A DNA stretch of 64,000 nt from an uncultured Gammaproteobacteria bacterium (GCA_964522405.1 CAZFTR010000002.1:8032-72031), one strand, 5' to 3'; numbered from the stretch's first letter, positions 18,401 through 28,865 are shown. The notes: generated by a model not told the origin, from the sequence alone. Numbers and translations are program-made.

Positions 18401-20002
18401 GCAAGTAGTGCTGACACTGATTTGACAAGCTTTATGCTAGTTGATTCAGAAGATGGTACTCAATATGGTGTTACTAAGAACCTTACAAATGGTACAGCTG
18501 ATTACGCAACATTTAGTGGTATTGATAATCTAACTGTCCCAATGGGTGACACAAAGATTCTATACGTAAAAGCAAATGTTGACGGATCTTCTGGTACTTA
18601 TTATGTAGGTACTGCTGCTATTACAAATATTGTTGCTGCCGGTAAAGTTTCCGGTACTTCAGCAACTATTTCTGGTACAGGTAGTGGTGCTGCTAATGCT
18701 ATTCAATCTGTTGCTACATTGACTTTTGCTACTGACGCTTCTAACCCAAGTGAAAGAGTAATGGCAGTTGGTGCAAGTGGAAATAGTGATCCAGAAACAA
18801 TGCTAGTAATGTCTGTTGACGGTCTTTACGAAGATGTTGATATTACTAAGCTTGTATTCCGCATGAATGCAGCTACTGGTGACTCTGCACAGAACTTCTT
18901 TGCTGATAATGGTCTAAAACTTTATCACAAAGTTGGTACAGGTAGTGAGAAACTAATTGATAGTGCTCCTATTGTATCTTCTACTGCAGCTGTTCTTGGA
19001 GCTTACTATACAGCTACATTCAACATCACTGAGGGTGATCTAAGAGTTGGAGAATCAGATGATAATTTGTTAGTACTTAAAGCTAAATTCAAAGGTACAG
19101 CTGGAAGTGCTCTAACATCTGGTACAAGTCCAAGCTTTATCTTCGGTGACAGCACAAATGCAAATGACAGCTTATTCATTGAAGCTAAAGGTGTAAGTTC
19201 ACAAACAGCACTTGATGACGCACAATACAACACTACAAGTGGTTTGAATGTTGCTGGTAATCAAATTGTTGCTTACAAAGCTTACCCAACATTCACTTAC
19301 GTAAATCCAGGTACTACTCTAGTAAATGGTAGTGAGAACAATGTATACAGATTCAAAGTTAAAGCTAATGGTGGTAATGTTGCTCTTAAACAATTATCAT
19401 TTACTATTGACGTAGTTGATAATGTAGGAACAACAAATGCTGCTGCAACAGCAGACTTTGGTCTTCACACTTGGAAGCTATACCGAATTTCAAAAGACGG
19501 TACAGCTGAAAATACAGATCTTACAGACAATGTTGCTTTGATTACAAATGCAAATGCTAGCATCGAAGGTTCTACAAATGTGCTTGCTACATCATCTGCT
19601 AACACTATCTACTCTGTATGGACAGGTACAAATGAAGAGCAAGTTCCATCAGGAAGTGAATACACTTATGAACTTCGCGCAACTTCAGTTGGATTCTCAA
19701 CTGATGCTGACAACGATTACATTCGTGTACGTCTAGCTAACAGCGACACTACTGAGTTGACACAAAACGATTCTCCATATTATCTAACTGCTAACTCTGA
19801 TTACAGTGATATTATAGAATTGGGTGATTCTAGCCAGGCTAATACAAGTACAGCTACTTTGGTATGGTCTGATAGAAATGCCAATGGACACTCAGCAGCT
19901 ACTGGTACTTATGCCGGTGGTACAGCTACTTCAACAGGTGACTGGTTTAACGGGTACAAGATTAAAGATACTCCAACAAACTACTCACAGTTGGTACGCT
20001 AA
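15491..20002 (+). CDS. Large secreted S-layer-like surface protein (repeated Ig-like beta domains)
   Basis: Signal peptide ending VHA-A; Thr/Ala/Gly/Asp-rich; strongly biased codons (GCT/ACT/GGT) suggesting high expression; strong terminator. Start may be 15500. Confidence 0.75.
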   Translation: MNDMKKFGKKLFTGVVTGLTAFSMSFGAFLPAVVHAAEECPSVQAGDLIKTTEKSDVYYIDANMKRMPFLNSEVFLSHYEDWTGVMAIPPSCISSFLPSTGVVYRPGSRLFKTEVDAAVYAVLPGNKAYHLADPDVATALYGADWEKSLRTVSDSFTLALNFDASQKLDMSVPHAGQLVKTEGDDVYYVSAEGKLQKVEGDLAAGLAADVETVSQTVFDAAEMDDAANTVTASSLLGNPDTVTTTSGDTDAGDTDGDTDTPAAAGTLTVTLAGNTPAPGYVAKGAYNAEFAKFVFKATGGDVRVDKIVIKRDGLGVDADIDAVRLYDGAMQLGSDQALNTNTHLATFKNLNWDLSSGDEKTLTVKADTNSSPSGTNDYFEISELELEGEGSLTADLPLAGNALQYHSVTMGVLDVNDLTSPGATTVISGATDVQVQCLNFDTNSAEGFDVKSIKLTNNGTIGNSQINKFVLKQGADVLATVDGGFESDGTVTFDMNDSPYYIAKSKSKDLCVYVDIAEGISLTTRTIIMNLAEAKDVVAVGDSSKGQVVITIDDATPFTEQTGQTMTVDQGTLTVAFNTATAPVAADLVDGVAGNKLGAFKFTAGSTEGMKVTRFRLTASGTGVAAADLSNFELFVYDPDTSEETQVGSSQSMSGLNVTFEDTVDGLFDVAAGKNVIVHLYGDVNTAATWTGSTTVAGMNLYVGGTNTNLIVKAKGLKSEKFVAAGDITLSSVNQNDTGVVQFGNSDNGALVISLDNSAPGATSISTGVTDYDFAHYRLYATGEDVNVTQLVVRAYNTSGTGSTASTTGDITNVKLYDITDADNPVQVGTTVASPALGVSTFSFTMTVPKDSYKVLKAVADIPTGSGSDFMHLDVPGAGTVADDISSTGAYSGIDITETGSATGRLMTVATPTITVSWASGATNNVVTNANGVTLGALQLTAGQYENVKVTSIKIEASSSTVASGNFAEGASSADTDLTSFMLVDSEDGTQYGVTKNLTNGTADYATFSGIDNLTVPMGDTKILYVKANVDGSSGTYYVGTAAITNIVAAGKVSGTSATISGTGSGAANAIQSVATLTFATDASNPSERVMAVGASGNSDPETMLVMSVDGLYEDVDITKLVFRMNAATGDSAQNFFADNGLKLYHKVGTGSEKLIDSAPIVSSTAAVLGAYYTATFNITEGDLRVGESDDNLLVLKAKFKGTAGSALTSGTSPSFIFGDSTNANDSLFIEAKGVSSQTALDDAQYNTTSGLNVAGNQIVAYKAYPTFTYVNPGTTLVNGSENNVYRFKVKANGGNVALKQLSFTIDVVDNVGTTNAAATADFGLHTWKLYRISKDGTAENTDLTDNVALITNANASIEGSTNVLATSSANTIYSVWTGTNEEQVPSGSEYTYELRATSVGFSTDADNDYIRVRLANSDTTELTQNDSPYYLTANSDYSDIIELGDSSQANTSTATLVWSDRNANGHSAATGTYAGGTATSTGDWFNGYKIKDTPTNYSQLVR

Positions 20003-20060
20003 TCACTTCGGTGACAGTTCAGTTTGTAAAGAGCGAGTAATTGCTTGATACAAAACAATT

Positions 20061-20095
20061 CACCCCGACTTAGGTCGGGGTGTTTTGTTTTTTTG
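20061..20095 (+). terminator. Intrinsic terminator
   Basis: caccccgac-ttag-gtcggggtg followed by a T-rich tract. Confidence 0.88.
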
Positions 20096-20209
20096 GACTT
20101 TACTTTTTTCAAAGAAAATACTATAATACTTTGGAATAATTTGCTAGAATTAGCCTAAAAAGTCTTTTCTAGCCTTTTTGACTTTAGTTATTAATTTTTT
20201 TAGTAGATT

Positions 20210-22423
20210 ATGACCAGTGATAGATTGAGGAGAGTCGGGCAATATATTGCCTATATTAGTTTTTTGGTACCTTTGGTAATTGTACCTAATAGTTTTATTT
20301 TTCCTTTTATTGTTCCGAAGGCGTTACTATTTAGAAGTGTAGTTTTGATCCTTTTGGCTATGTCTGCTGCGATTTATTTTTCTGAGCGGAAACAAAAGCA
20401 AGTAAAAGTTGGTAGATCTTGGTTATCATGGGCAATTGCTGCCTTTTTTACCAGTATGGTTGTTTCTACTTTTGTGGGTGTAGACTGGTATAGAAGTTTT
20501 TGGGATAATCAAGAGAGGATGTTGGGTCTTTTCACTTTACTTCATTATGGAGCTTTTTTCTTGATCTGTAGCTATCTGTTTCGAACTTATGATGAGTGGA
20601 AAAAAGCTTTTTTGGTTTTTTGTGGTGTGGGAATGGTTGTAATTGGTATTGGTCTGGTTCAAAAGATTTTTCCAAATTTTCTCTATAATAGAGGAGCCGG
20701 ACGTGTCACCTCTACTTTTGGAAATACTATTTATCTGGGTGGTTATGGGCTTTTCTTATTTTTTATTGGCTGGTTTTTTGCCATCAAAGAAAAGATCAAT
20801 TGGAGTAAATGGTTTTTTGCCCTATCTTCAGTTCTAGGTTTGGTTGCTATTTTTATTTCCGGAACCAGGGGAACTTTATTGGGATTATTGGTAGCCGGTA
20901 TTGTCTGCGCTCTGATGTATGGATTTCTTTTTAAAAATCATCAGAAATTAAGAAAAAGCATTTTAATCGCACTTTCAGTTGTTTTGGTTTTGGGTGTTAT
21001 TTCTTTTGCTTTCAAAAATACCGGTTTTGTAAAAAGTATTCCGGTTGTTAACAGATTGGTTTCTATTTCTCCTTTTGAAGGATCAGCTAATACCCGTTTA
21101 ATGGCTTGGGAGATTGCAGTTGAGTCTTGGCAAGAAAAACCGATTTTTGGTTGGGGCCCGAATAATTTTTATTATGCTTTTAATAAGTATTATAATCCGG
21201 AGTTTCTCAAACATGGTTTTCAGGAAACCTGGTTTGACAATGCCCACAATGTGCTGCTCAACACCCTGAATACTCAAGGATTATTTGGTATTGTCTCTTA
21301 TTTATCTATTTTTGTAATAGCTTTTCTATTTCTGTGGAGGATGTTCAAAGAAAATCAGGATGATATTCATCTCTTTATTTTGGGTACGGGATTTTTGGTG
21401 GGTCATACTATCCATAATTTTTTTGTATTTGAAAATATCAGTTCTTATCTCTATTTATTTTTGTTTTTTGCTTTTGTGAAGGTGATGAGAAAGAGACTGA
21501 AAGAAACAGAATACCAAGAGATACAAGGAAGAGTGAATATCATATCTTTGACAGTATTTTTGTTTTTGTCAGTTTTGGGAATATTTTTGACCAATGTTAA
21601 TGTGGCTCGAGCAAATATAAATGGTTACCATGCCAGAGGATTGTTTAGAGTTGGTCAGGTTGATGAAGCATTAGTTCGATATGATAAGATCGCTACTGCA
21701 GGAAGCCCATATGAGGGAGATATTGATTGGGATTTTGCTTCTGATATTTTGAATGTCTTAGGGATTATTTATAATGATCACAGTATAAGTGGAGCAAGAG
21801 AGCTCTATGATATTGCTATCAAAGGTATAGAATCAGTCATAGAGAAACATCCTCAGGATGTGCGAGCCAGATTACTATATATGGATTACTTACGCAGTGG
21901 AGGATTGGTTTTATTTGAATTGCCGGTTGAAGAGACAATAAAAGAAAATTTAAAAATTTCTTATCAACTTTCTCCAGAAAGGCAACAGATCAAATATGCT
22001 GAAATTACTTACCTAGCCGGAATAGGGGAGATGGAAAAAGCAATACAAATGGCTGGAGATTTTTTGGCTGAGGACAATATGATTGCTGAGAGTTATTATA
22101 CTTTGGCTAGACTGTATCTTTTTGATGCTCAGTATTTAGAAATTGTTCCATTGTTGGATAAGGCAATCAGGAAAGGTGTAAGTTTTGGTGATGGGACACA
22201 TATGATATTTATGGCCGAAGCATACGAAAGAGATGGTAGGTTTCTAGATTCAATGTACTGGTTTAGGAGGGCATATTTTTCAACCGGAAATGTAGAATTA
22301 TTAAAAAAAGCTGAACAGCTTTCTCGTGAAACCAAAAAACCTGTTCCAACTGCTGTGGATGAATTCTTTAATTTTGAAGAGCCAAAAGCACTGGACACTG
22401 CCAGTACTGATAATCTAAATTAA
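20210..22423 (+). CDS. O-antigen ligase/oligosaccharyltransferase-like (Wzy_C) membrane protein with TPR-like C-terminus
   Basis: SGTRG, R..AW..A......PIFGWGPNNF and FDNAHN motifs. Confidence 0.88.
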   Translation: MTSDRLRRVGQYIAYISFLVPLVIVPNSFIFPFIVPKALLFRSVVLILLAMSAAIYFSERKQKQVKVGRSWLSWAIAAFFTSMVVSTFVGVDWYRSFWDNQERMLGLFTLLHYGAFFLICSYLFRTYDEWKKAFLVFCGVGMVVIGIGLVQKIFPNFLYNRGAGRVTSTFGNTIYLGGYGLFLFFIGWFFAIKEKINWSKWFFALSSVLGLVAIFISGTRGTLLGLLVAGIVCALMYGFLFKNHQKLRKSILIALSVVLVLGVISFAFKNTGFVKSIPVVNRLVSISPFEGSANTRLMAWEIAVESWQEKPIFGWGPNNFYYAFNKYYNPEFLKHGFQETWFDNAHNVLLNTLNTQGLFGIVSYLSIFVIAFLFLWRMFKENQDDIHLFILGTGFLVGHTIHNFFVFENISSYLYLFLFFAFVKVMRKRLKETEYQEIQGRVNIISLTVFLFLSVLGIFLTNVNVARANINGYHARGLFRVGQVDEALVRYDKIATAGSPYEGDIDWDFASDILNVLGIIYNDHSISGARELYDIAIKGIESVIEKHPQDVRARLLYMDYLRSGGLVLFELPVEETIKENLKISYQLSPERQQIKYAEITYLAGIGEMEKAIQMAGDFLAEDNMIAESYYTLARLYLFDAQYLEIVPLLDKAIRKGVSFGDGTHMIFMAEAYERDGRFLDSMYWFRRAYFSTGNVELLKKAEQLSRETKKPVPTAVDEFFNFEEPKALDTASTDNLN

Positions 22424-22428
22424 TATTT

Positions 22429-24465
22429 ATGAAGAATAGTACATTTGAAAAATTTGTAAAAGTCCTAATAGGTTTGAGTTTTTTTGTTCCTCTGATAGTT
22501 TTGCCAAATCAGTTTATTTTTCCTTTTATTGTTCCTAAAATCGTTTTGTTTAGAATTATTACCATGTTGATGTTGGCTGGCTATCTAGTGCTTTTACTTG
22601 GGGATTCGGAGAAATATAAATTAAAAGCAACTCCTCTGAATATAGTAATTGGTTTATTTTTCTTAAGTTTTGCTATTTCCACTTTTGTGGGTGTGGATTG
22701 GTATAGAAGTTTTTGGGATAATCATGAGAGGATGCTGGGGCTTTTTACTTTTTTTCATTATATTCTTTATTATTATATCTTGACTACGGTGATTAGAAGC
22801 AAAGAGGAATGGAAAGTTTTTTTGAGATGGTTTTTGTCAGCAGGAATGTTGGTTATGATTATTGCGCTATGGCAGAGATTTGTTGATCCTGAAGCTCTCT
22901 TGAATAGAAACGCAAATCGTGTATCAGCAACTTTAGGAAATCCTATTTATCTAAGTGGTTATGGTTTGTTCATGTTTGCTGTTGGATCGTTGCTTGCTTT
23001 TCAAGAGAAGATAAGAACAACTTGGTGGTATTTTGCTCTGATTGGGTTATTTCTAGGTTTTTTTGGAATCTTTTTGGGTGGAACCAGAGGTACTTTGATA
23101 GGTCTGCTGCTAGGAATTGGAGTTCTTTTCCTTTCTTATTTCTTTTTGGTAAAGAGTGAAAAAATTAAGAGAATTTTTGGTATTTTTATACTTCTTGCTC
23201 TGATCATTGGTGGTTCTTTGTTTGCCTTTAGGCAGACTGATTTTGTAAAAGGCATCCCTACTGTTGGTCGCTTGGTAAATATTTCTTTGACTAGTGGAAC
23301 TGCTGAAACTCGTATAATGGCTTGGGGTATTGCAGTTGAATCTTGGCAAGAAAAACCAATTTTTGGTTGGGGTCCAAATAATTATTATTATGCTTTTAAT
23401 AAGTTTTACCGCCCGGAGTTTCTGGAGCATGGATTTGGTGAAACCTGGTTTGACAATGCACATAATATTGTCATGAATACCTTATCAGTGCAGGGCAGTG
23501 TTGGTTTGCTGCTTTATTTTGGTATTTTTGCAATTGCTTTTTATGCTGTTTTAAGAGGTTATAAGGATGGGAAAATAAGCGAGCATACAACTGCCATAAG
23601 CTTTGCTTTTTTAGTTGCACATTTTATTCATAATGTTTTTGTTTTTGAAAATCCTACGTCTTATCTTTATTTTTTCTTCTTTTTAGCATTTATAAATCAT
23701 CTCTCCTTGTTTCCTGGCAAAGAAAAAGAAACAAATAAAAATGTCTCTACAATTACAAAAACAATGATATTTTTGGTATTTTTATTAGTGATATTTATAA
23801 CGAACATAAATCCAGCCAGAGCAAATATGGCCATGTTGGATACAATTTATGCTATTTATCATGGGCAAAAAGATTCTATTGAGTTATATAGTAAGGCAAC
23901 TTCTATCCCTTCTCCACATGTTGATGATATTCGAAATGATTTTGCCAGATCTGTTTTGCAAGTCATGAATCAGTATATTCAAAAAGGGCTTAATGAACAG
24001 GCTTCAAAACTCTATGATTTAGCTCAGGCTGAATTGCAAAAAAATAGAATTTTACATCCTGATGATATTAGGGCGCATATCCAACAGGCTGAGTTAGCTC
24101 TTGGTGCTGCTCAATATTTGCAAAAAATAGAATTTGTATCTTTTGCTGAAACAGCACTTGATGATGCCCTAGTAAAATCTCCAAAGCGTCAGCAGATTCA
24201 CTATATGTTGGCAGGTGTAAAAGCACAGCTTGGAAAAATAGATCAATCTGTGAAAATATTACAAACCAGTGTAGATCAAGATCCAAAAATTATAGAAGGT
24301 TGGTGGCGTTTGGCACTAATGTATTATAGTGGTGGGAAACCGGAAATTGCCAATCAGATAATTTCTAAGGCTGAAAATGAACATGGAATTGTCTGGGATG
24401 CAAGAGCTGAAGAGGCATTGCAAGTCATTAGAACAGCGGTAAATTCTACAGTAACCTCTTCTTAA
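22429..24465 (+). CDS. O-antigen ligase/oligosaccharyltransferase-like protein, tandem paralog
   Basis: Same motifs as the upstream gene (GVDWYRSFWDN.ERMLG, WQEKPIFGWGPNN, ETWFDNAHN). Confidence 0.88.
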   Translation: MKNSTFEKFVKVLIGLSFFVPLIVLPNQFIFPFIVPKIVLFRIITMLMLAGYLVLLLGDSEKYKLKATPLNIVIGLFFLSFAISTFVGVDWYRSFWDNHERMLGLFTFFHYILYYYILTTVIRSKEEWKVFLRWFLSAGMLVMIIALWQRFVDPEALLNRNANRVSATLGNPIYLSGYGLFMFAVGSLLAFQEKIRTTWWYFALIGLFLGFFGIFLGGTRGTLIGLLLGIGVLFLSYFFLVKSEKIKRIFGIFILLALIIGGSLFAFRQTDFVKGIPTVGRLVNISLTSGTAETRIMAWGIAVESWQEKPIFGWGPNNYYYAFNKFYRPEFLEHGFGETWFDNAHNIVMNTLSVQGSVGLLLYFGIFAIAFYAVLRGYKDGKISEHTTAISFAFLVAHFIHNVFVFENPTSYLYFFFFLAFINHLSLFPGKEKETNKNVSTITKTMIFLVFLLVIFITNINPARANMAMLDTIYAIYHGQKDSIELYSKATSIPSPHVDDIRNDFARSVLQVMNQYIQKGLNEQASKLYDLAQAELQKNRILHPDDIRAHIQQAELALGAAQYLQKIEFVSFAETALDDALVKSPKRQQIHYMLAGVKAQLGKIDQSVKILQTSVDQDPKIIEGWWRLALMYYSGGKPEIANQIISKAENEHGIVWDARAEEALQVIRTAVNSTVTSS

Positions 24466-24476
24466 TTTTGTTGATT

Positions 24477-25265
24477 ATGGAAATTAAAGTTTCAGTGATA
24501 ATGTCTGCCTACAATGCTGAGCAGTTCATAGCTCAGGCAGTTGATAGTATTTTGGCTCAAAGCTTTGGAGATTTTGAATTGATTATTATTAATGACGGTT
24601 CAGCGGATCGTACTAAATCCATAATCGAACAATATGTTCAACAGGATTCCAGGATAGTACTTCTTGATCAAGAAAATACTGGCTTAACCAAAGCGCTTAA
24701 TAATGGTATAAAGATTGCTCGAGGGAATTATATTGCTAGGATGGATGCTGATGATATTGCAGAGCCTGATAGGCTTGAGAGGCAATATCAATTTATGGAA
24801 AAAAATTCAGAGTATGCTCTTTGCGGATCTAGAGCTTGGTTTATAGACGAAAATAATAAAAAATTATTTAAGAAAGAACTTCCAATTACAAATGATAGTA
24901 TAAAAAAGAAATTATTGTTTAATAATCAATTTGTTCATAGTAGCTTGTTTATAAGAAAAAGTATTTTGGATGAAATGGGATTCTATAATGAAGATTTTAA
25001 GAAAAGTCAGGATTATGAATTGGTTTTGAGATTTGCCAGTAAATATCAGATTGCAAATCTGGAAGACTGCTTGGTCTTATGGAGAGTTAATAGCAAATCC
25101 ATTTCTTGGTCAAGTAAAAATCAGGAAAAAGATGCAATTCGGGCTCGATGGTTGGCGGTGAGGAAGTATAATTATAGTTTTGTGAAGGGTGTAGCTAATA
25201 TTGTTTTGCGTCTAGCATGGATGATTGTTCCGCAGAGTATTAAAATGAAAAGACATGTTAAGTAG
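24477..25265 (+). CDS. Glycosyltransferase family 2
   Basis: VSVIMSAYN, INDGS, ARMDADD, QDYEL. Confidence 0.93.
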   Translation: MEIKVSVIMSAYNAEQFIAQAVDSILAQSFGDFELIIINDGSADRTKSIIEQYVQQDSRIVLLDQENTGLTKALNNGIKIARGNYIARMDADDIAEPDRLERQYQFMEKNSEYALCGSRAWFIDENNKKLFKKELPITNDSIKKKLLFNNQFVHSSLFIRKSILDEMGFYNEDFKKSQDYELVLRFASKYQIANLEDCLVLWRVNSKSISWSSKNQEKDAIRARWLAVRKYNYSFVKGVANIVLRLAWMIVPQSIKMKRHVK

Positions 25266-25276
25266 TAATAAATAAA

Positions 25277-26200
25277 ATGAAAATATCTGTAATTATTCCA
25301 ACTCTAGATAGGGGAGAAGAGCTTAAAAGACTTTTTGTTTCTTTTGGTTTGCAGACAAAAAAGCCCTTTGAGATTATTGTAGTAGATCAGGGAAGAGAGA
25401 ATCTCTCTCGATTGATTGCTAAATATCAGGAGTTGAAAATAGTTCATAAAAAAGTAGATTTTCAGTCACTTACTAAGGCCAGGAATTTTGGTGTAAAAAT
25501 TGCCCAAGGAGATATAATTTCTTTTCTTGATGATGATATTATTTTGGATAAAAATTATATAAAATCGATTGAAAGTTTTTTTGAAGAGCGTCCCCAAGCT
25601 CTAGGTGTACAAGGGGTGATTACTGATTTTGAAAAAGGTCATAGAAAAAAAGTAGGTGGTGGCAAGTTGGTATATTTTTTATATAATTGGTTTGCTAAGT
25701 TTTTTTTGCTTAACAATTCCAGTAAAAAGAATAAATTGCTTTGGTCAGGTAGAAATCAATATGCTAGTCGAGTAGAAGATGTTTCGTCTTGTGAATGGTT
25801 GAGTGGTATTGGTAATTATAAAAAAGAGGTTTTTACTGAATTTAGTTTTGACGAGAAATTAAAAAAATATGCTCTTGGAGAAGATAAATTATTTTCTTAT
25901 CCAATTTTTGAAAAATATGGAAAAGTATTATTTGTTGATTCTAAAATTTTATGTGAACATAGACATGCTGAAGATGGGCGCCCAAAGGAAAAGGAGTGGG
26001 TTGAAATGAAAATAACTTATACTTATTATCTTTGGAATAAATTATTTAGAAAAAAAGGTTTTCTGGCTTTTCTGGCATTTTACTGGGCTAATTTTGGGGA
26101 TTTACTGTTGGTTTTATTTTCAGCTTTTCTGAGACAAAATAGTTTTAAATTTTGGTGGTGGCATCTCCAAAAATACTTTAGTTCTGATAAGAAAATATGA
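25277..26200 (+). CDS. Glycosyltransferase family 2
   Basis: ISVIIPT..R, VVDQ, ARN.G, FLDDD, GED. Confidence 0.9.
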   Translation: MKISVIIPTLDRGEELKRLFVSFGLQTKKPFEIIVVDQGRENLSRLIAKYQELKIVHKKVDFQSLTKARNFGVKIAQGDIISFLDDDIILDKNYIKSIESFFEERPQALGVQGVITDFEKGHRKKVGGGKLVYFLYNWFAKFFLLNNSSKKNKLLWSGRNQYASRVEDVSSCEWLSGIGNYKKEVFTEFSFDEKLKKYALGEDKLFSYPIFEKYGKVLFVDSKILCEHRHAEDGRPKEKEWVEMKITYTYYLWNKLFRKKGFLAFLAFYWANFGDLLLVLFSAFLRQNSFKFWWWHLQKYFSSDKKI

Positions 26201-27342
26201 CAGAAGATAAAAAATTAAAAGACTTGCATATTGGTTTATTATTTTCCTATGGTTTGTCTCTCAAAAAGTGGAACAAGGCCGGTCTTCTGTTTCGTGATAC
26301 TCAACTTTATACTGAACTGCAAAAACAAGGTGCAAAGGTTTCTTTTATAACTTATGGAGATAAATTGGAAAAAGAATTGGCTAATAAGGTTGGAATTTCT
26401 GTTATCAGCAATACAGAGAAATTATTTCAACCTTTTTATTATATTTTTTTGAATTTATTAAAATTTAGGGAACTGAAAAAAATTGATGTGATTAAATCAC
26501 ATCAATTTATCGGAGTTTGGCCAGCAGTGTTGTTGAAAGTATTTTTTGGAAAAAAATATATAGCTCGTGGAGGCTATATTCCCAGCTTTTTTGCAAAAAA
26601 CAGTGGTAAAAAGGGAGTAAAGTCTTCTCTGAAATATATTTTGGCAGTTATTGATGAGTTTATGGTCTGCAAATTTGCTGACGCAGTGGTTGTACCTAGT
26701 CAGGAAGAAATTGATTACTTGAAAAGTAAATATAATTTGAAGGATAAAAAAGCAAAAATCAATACTAATTGGATTGATACTGATTTGTTTAAGCCAGATC
26801 AGAAGATTGAAAAAAAGTCCAGAAGCATTGTTTTTGTGGGTAGATTTGAAACTCAAAAAAATCCCTTAATGTTTTTGGAAAGTATAAAGAATATTGAAAA
26901 TTTGAAAGCAACCATGATTGGGGCGGGGAGTTTTTTAAGCGAAATGCAAAAATTTATTAAAAAAAATAATATTAATTGTCAGGTCTACACTGATAGGATT
27001 GCCAATAATGATCTTCCGGAAATACTGAATAAACATGAGATTTATGTTTTACCAACCAGGTTTGAAGGTGGTAGCCCCAAGACCATACTTGAGGCCATGT
27101 CTTGTGGATTACCGATAATTTCTACAGATACTTTTGGAACCAAAAATGCTTTTATAGACAAAAAACACGGTATTAAAGTGGAGTTGAAAGTAGAGAGTAT
27201 AGAAAAGGCTGTAAAATACCTATTGGCAAATCCGAATGAGCGAAAAAAGTTTGGTGAGCAGGCTCGTGACCACATAAAAGAAAATTTTTCTCTGGAAAAA
27301 GTTTTGAATCGAGAACTGGAAATTATAAATTTAATAATTTAG
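26197..27342 (+). CDS. Glycosyltransferase family 4
   Basis: FVGRFETQKN and PTRFEGGSPKTILEAMSCG. Confidence 0.92.
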   Translation: MTEDKKLKDLHIGLLFSYGLSLKKWNKAGLLFRDTQLYTELQKQGAKVSFITYGDKLEKELANKVGISVISNTEKLFQPFYYIFLNLLKFRELKKIDVIKSHQFIGVWPAVLLKVFFGKKYIARGGYIPSFFAKNSGKKGVKSSLKYILAVIDEFMVCKFADAVVVPSQEEIDYLKSKYNLKDKKAKINTNWIDTDLFKPDQKIEKKSRSIVFVGRFETQKNPLMFLESIKNIENLKATMIGAGSFLSEMQKFIKKNNINCQVYTDRIANNDLPEILNKHEIYVLPTRFEGGSPKTILEAMSCGLPIISTDTFGTKNAFIDKKHGIKVELKVESIEKAVKYLLANPNERKKFGEQARDHIKENFSLEKVLNRELEIINLII

Positions 27343-27345
27343 TTT

Positions 27346-27972
27346 ATGAATAAGTTTTGGCTTAAAATTTTTGTGGCTTTGCATAATGTCAGTTATAAAA
27401 TTATCAGTAAATTGGCAATAAGACTTAATGGTGGAGTTCATCCCAAGCATAAAATCTTAAATTACCATCAATTTTTTGTGGATAATATTAGAGAAACTGA
27501 AAATATTATTGATATTGGCTGTGGAAAGGGAGAAAATGCTTTTGATATCGCCGGCAAAGCCAAGACTGTCTTGGGTGTGGATCTAAAATCAAGCAATATT
27601 GAATATGCTCAAAAACATCATTCAAAATCAAATTTGGAGTATAAAGTAATGGATGTGGTCAAAGAGCCACTTGAGCAAAAATTTGATAAAATTGTGCTTT
27701 CCAATGTGCTTGAGCACATAGAGCAAAGAGTGGAATTTCTGATTAAATTAAGTGAGATTTCAGATTGTATTTTACTTCGTGTGCCTATGATTTCAAGAGA
27801 TTGGCTAAGTGTTTATAAAAAAAACATGGGATTGGAGTACAGACTTGATCCAACACATTTCATTGAATACACTCGGAGTATTCTCGAAGATGAATTGAAA
27901 AGTTCAGGTTGGGAGATTGAAAATTATACTATTGAATTTGGAGAATTTTTAGTGGTTATAAAACGCAAATAA
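27346..27972 (+). CDS. Class I SAM-dependent methyltransferase
   Basis: IIDIGCGKG and SNVLEHI. Confidence 0.88.
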   Translation: MNKFWLKIFVALHNVSYKIISKLAIRLNGGVHPKHKILNYHQFFVDNIRETENIIDIGCGKGENAFDIAGKAKTVLGVDLKSSNIEYAQKHHSKSNLEYKVMDVVKEPLEQKFDKIVLSNVLEHIEQRVEFLIKLSEISDCILLRVPMISRDWLSVYKKNMGLEYRLDPTHFIEYTRSILEDELKSSGWEIENYTIEFGEFLVVIKRK

Positions 27973-27977
27973 TATTT

Positions 27978-28682
27978 ATGGAACCTTGGAATACCCAGCA
28001 AGCTTCAGAATTTTGGAACAAGGAACTTGATCAATATGGAAGAAGTCCCTATGTGGAGGCTGTGCTTGATATTATTTTAAAAGAAAATCCGGATACGGTT
28101 TTTGAGCTTGCAATTAGCAATGGGCGTTCTTTTGTGGGAGCTTTGCTCACAAATGATGTGGAAGTACATGGCTGTGATATTTCCAAATTCTTAATAGAAG
28201 AATTACAAAAGAATTATCCTGCGGTTGTGGCTTATCAAGCCGGTTATGGTGATTTTCTTGAAAAAGAAAAAAAGGATTTTTATGATTTGGTTTATTGTTT
28301 GCGCTCTTCATGGTATTTTTCAGACATACTTTTGGCTTTGCAAAATATGCTTGAGATTACTAAGCCCGGTGGCAAAGTAATAATAGATGTGATGAATAAA
28401 GATTCAGAAGCTGTTAAATCATCTCTCCTGGCTTGTCGAAAAAAAAGAAGAAAACAAAAGTTTAAAAATGTTATCAAATATATTTTTAATAAATTTTTTG
28501 GGAAAAAATATAAAATAGAAGTTGTTTTTGATCTTGATAAGCCCGAAAGTCCGGCAAAAATAGAAAAATTTTTGGAAAATAAAAATCTTTCTTTTGAAAA
28601 ATTTTCATATGAGCAGATCATTGGCAAGAGTAAAATCACTACAAATGATTCTATGAGATATCTTTATATTATCAGTAAATAG
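27978..28682 (+). CDS. Class I SAM-dependent methyltransferase (divergent motif I)
   Basis: VFELAISNG, HGCDIS, YDLVY, TKPGGKVII. Confidence 0.7.
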   Translation: MEPWNTQQASEFWNKELDQYGRSPYVEAVLDIILKENPDTVFELAISNGRSFVGALLTNDVEVHGCDISKFLIEELQKNYPAVVAYQAGYGDFLEKEKKDFYDLVYCLRSSWYFSDILLALQNMLEITKPGGKVIIDVMNKDSEAVKSSLLACRKKRRKQKFKNVIKYIFNKFFGKKYKIEVVFDLDKPESPAKIEKFLENKNLSFEKFSYEQIIGKSKITTNDSMRYLYIISK

Positions 28683-28865
28683 TATCTTTGGTAATTTAAG
28701 ATAATTGATTTAAGGGATTATTTAATTGTGGATAAATAATCGCTACTCGTTTTTGGTTCTCCCTAGTATAATATTCTTATTGGGTGTATAATTCAAATAT
28801 ACAGATATAGTGATTGTTTGTATATTTACTAATATTTAAAATATTTATGTAGCTGAATTTTTTAT

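Noticed and set aside
28727-28735. Perfect DnaA box TGTGGATAA (near-matches at 8946 and 45168)
   Set aside because: Isolated boxes with no cluster or replication genes; not an origin.
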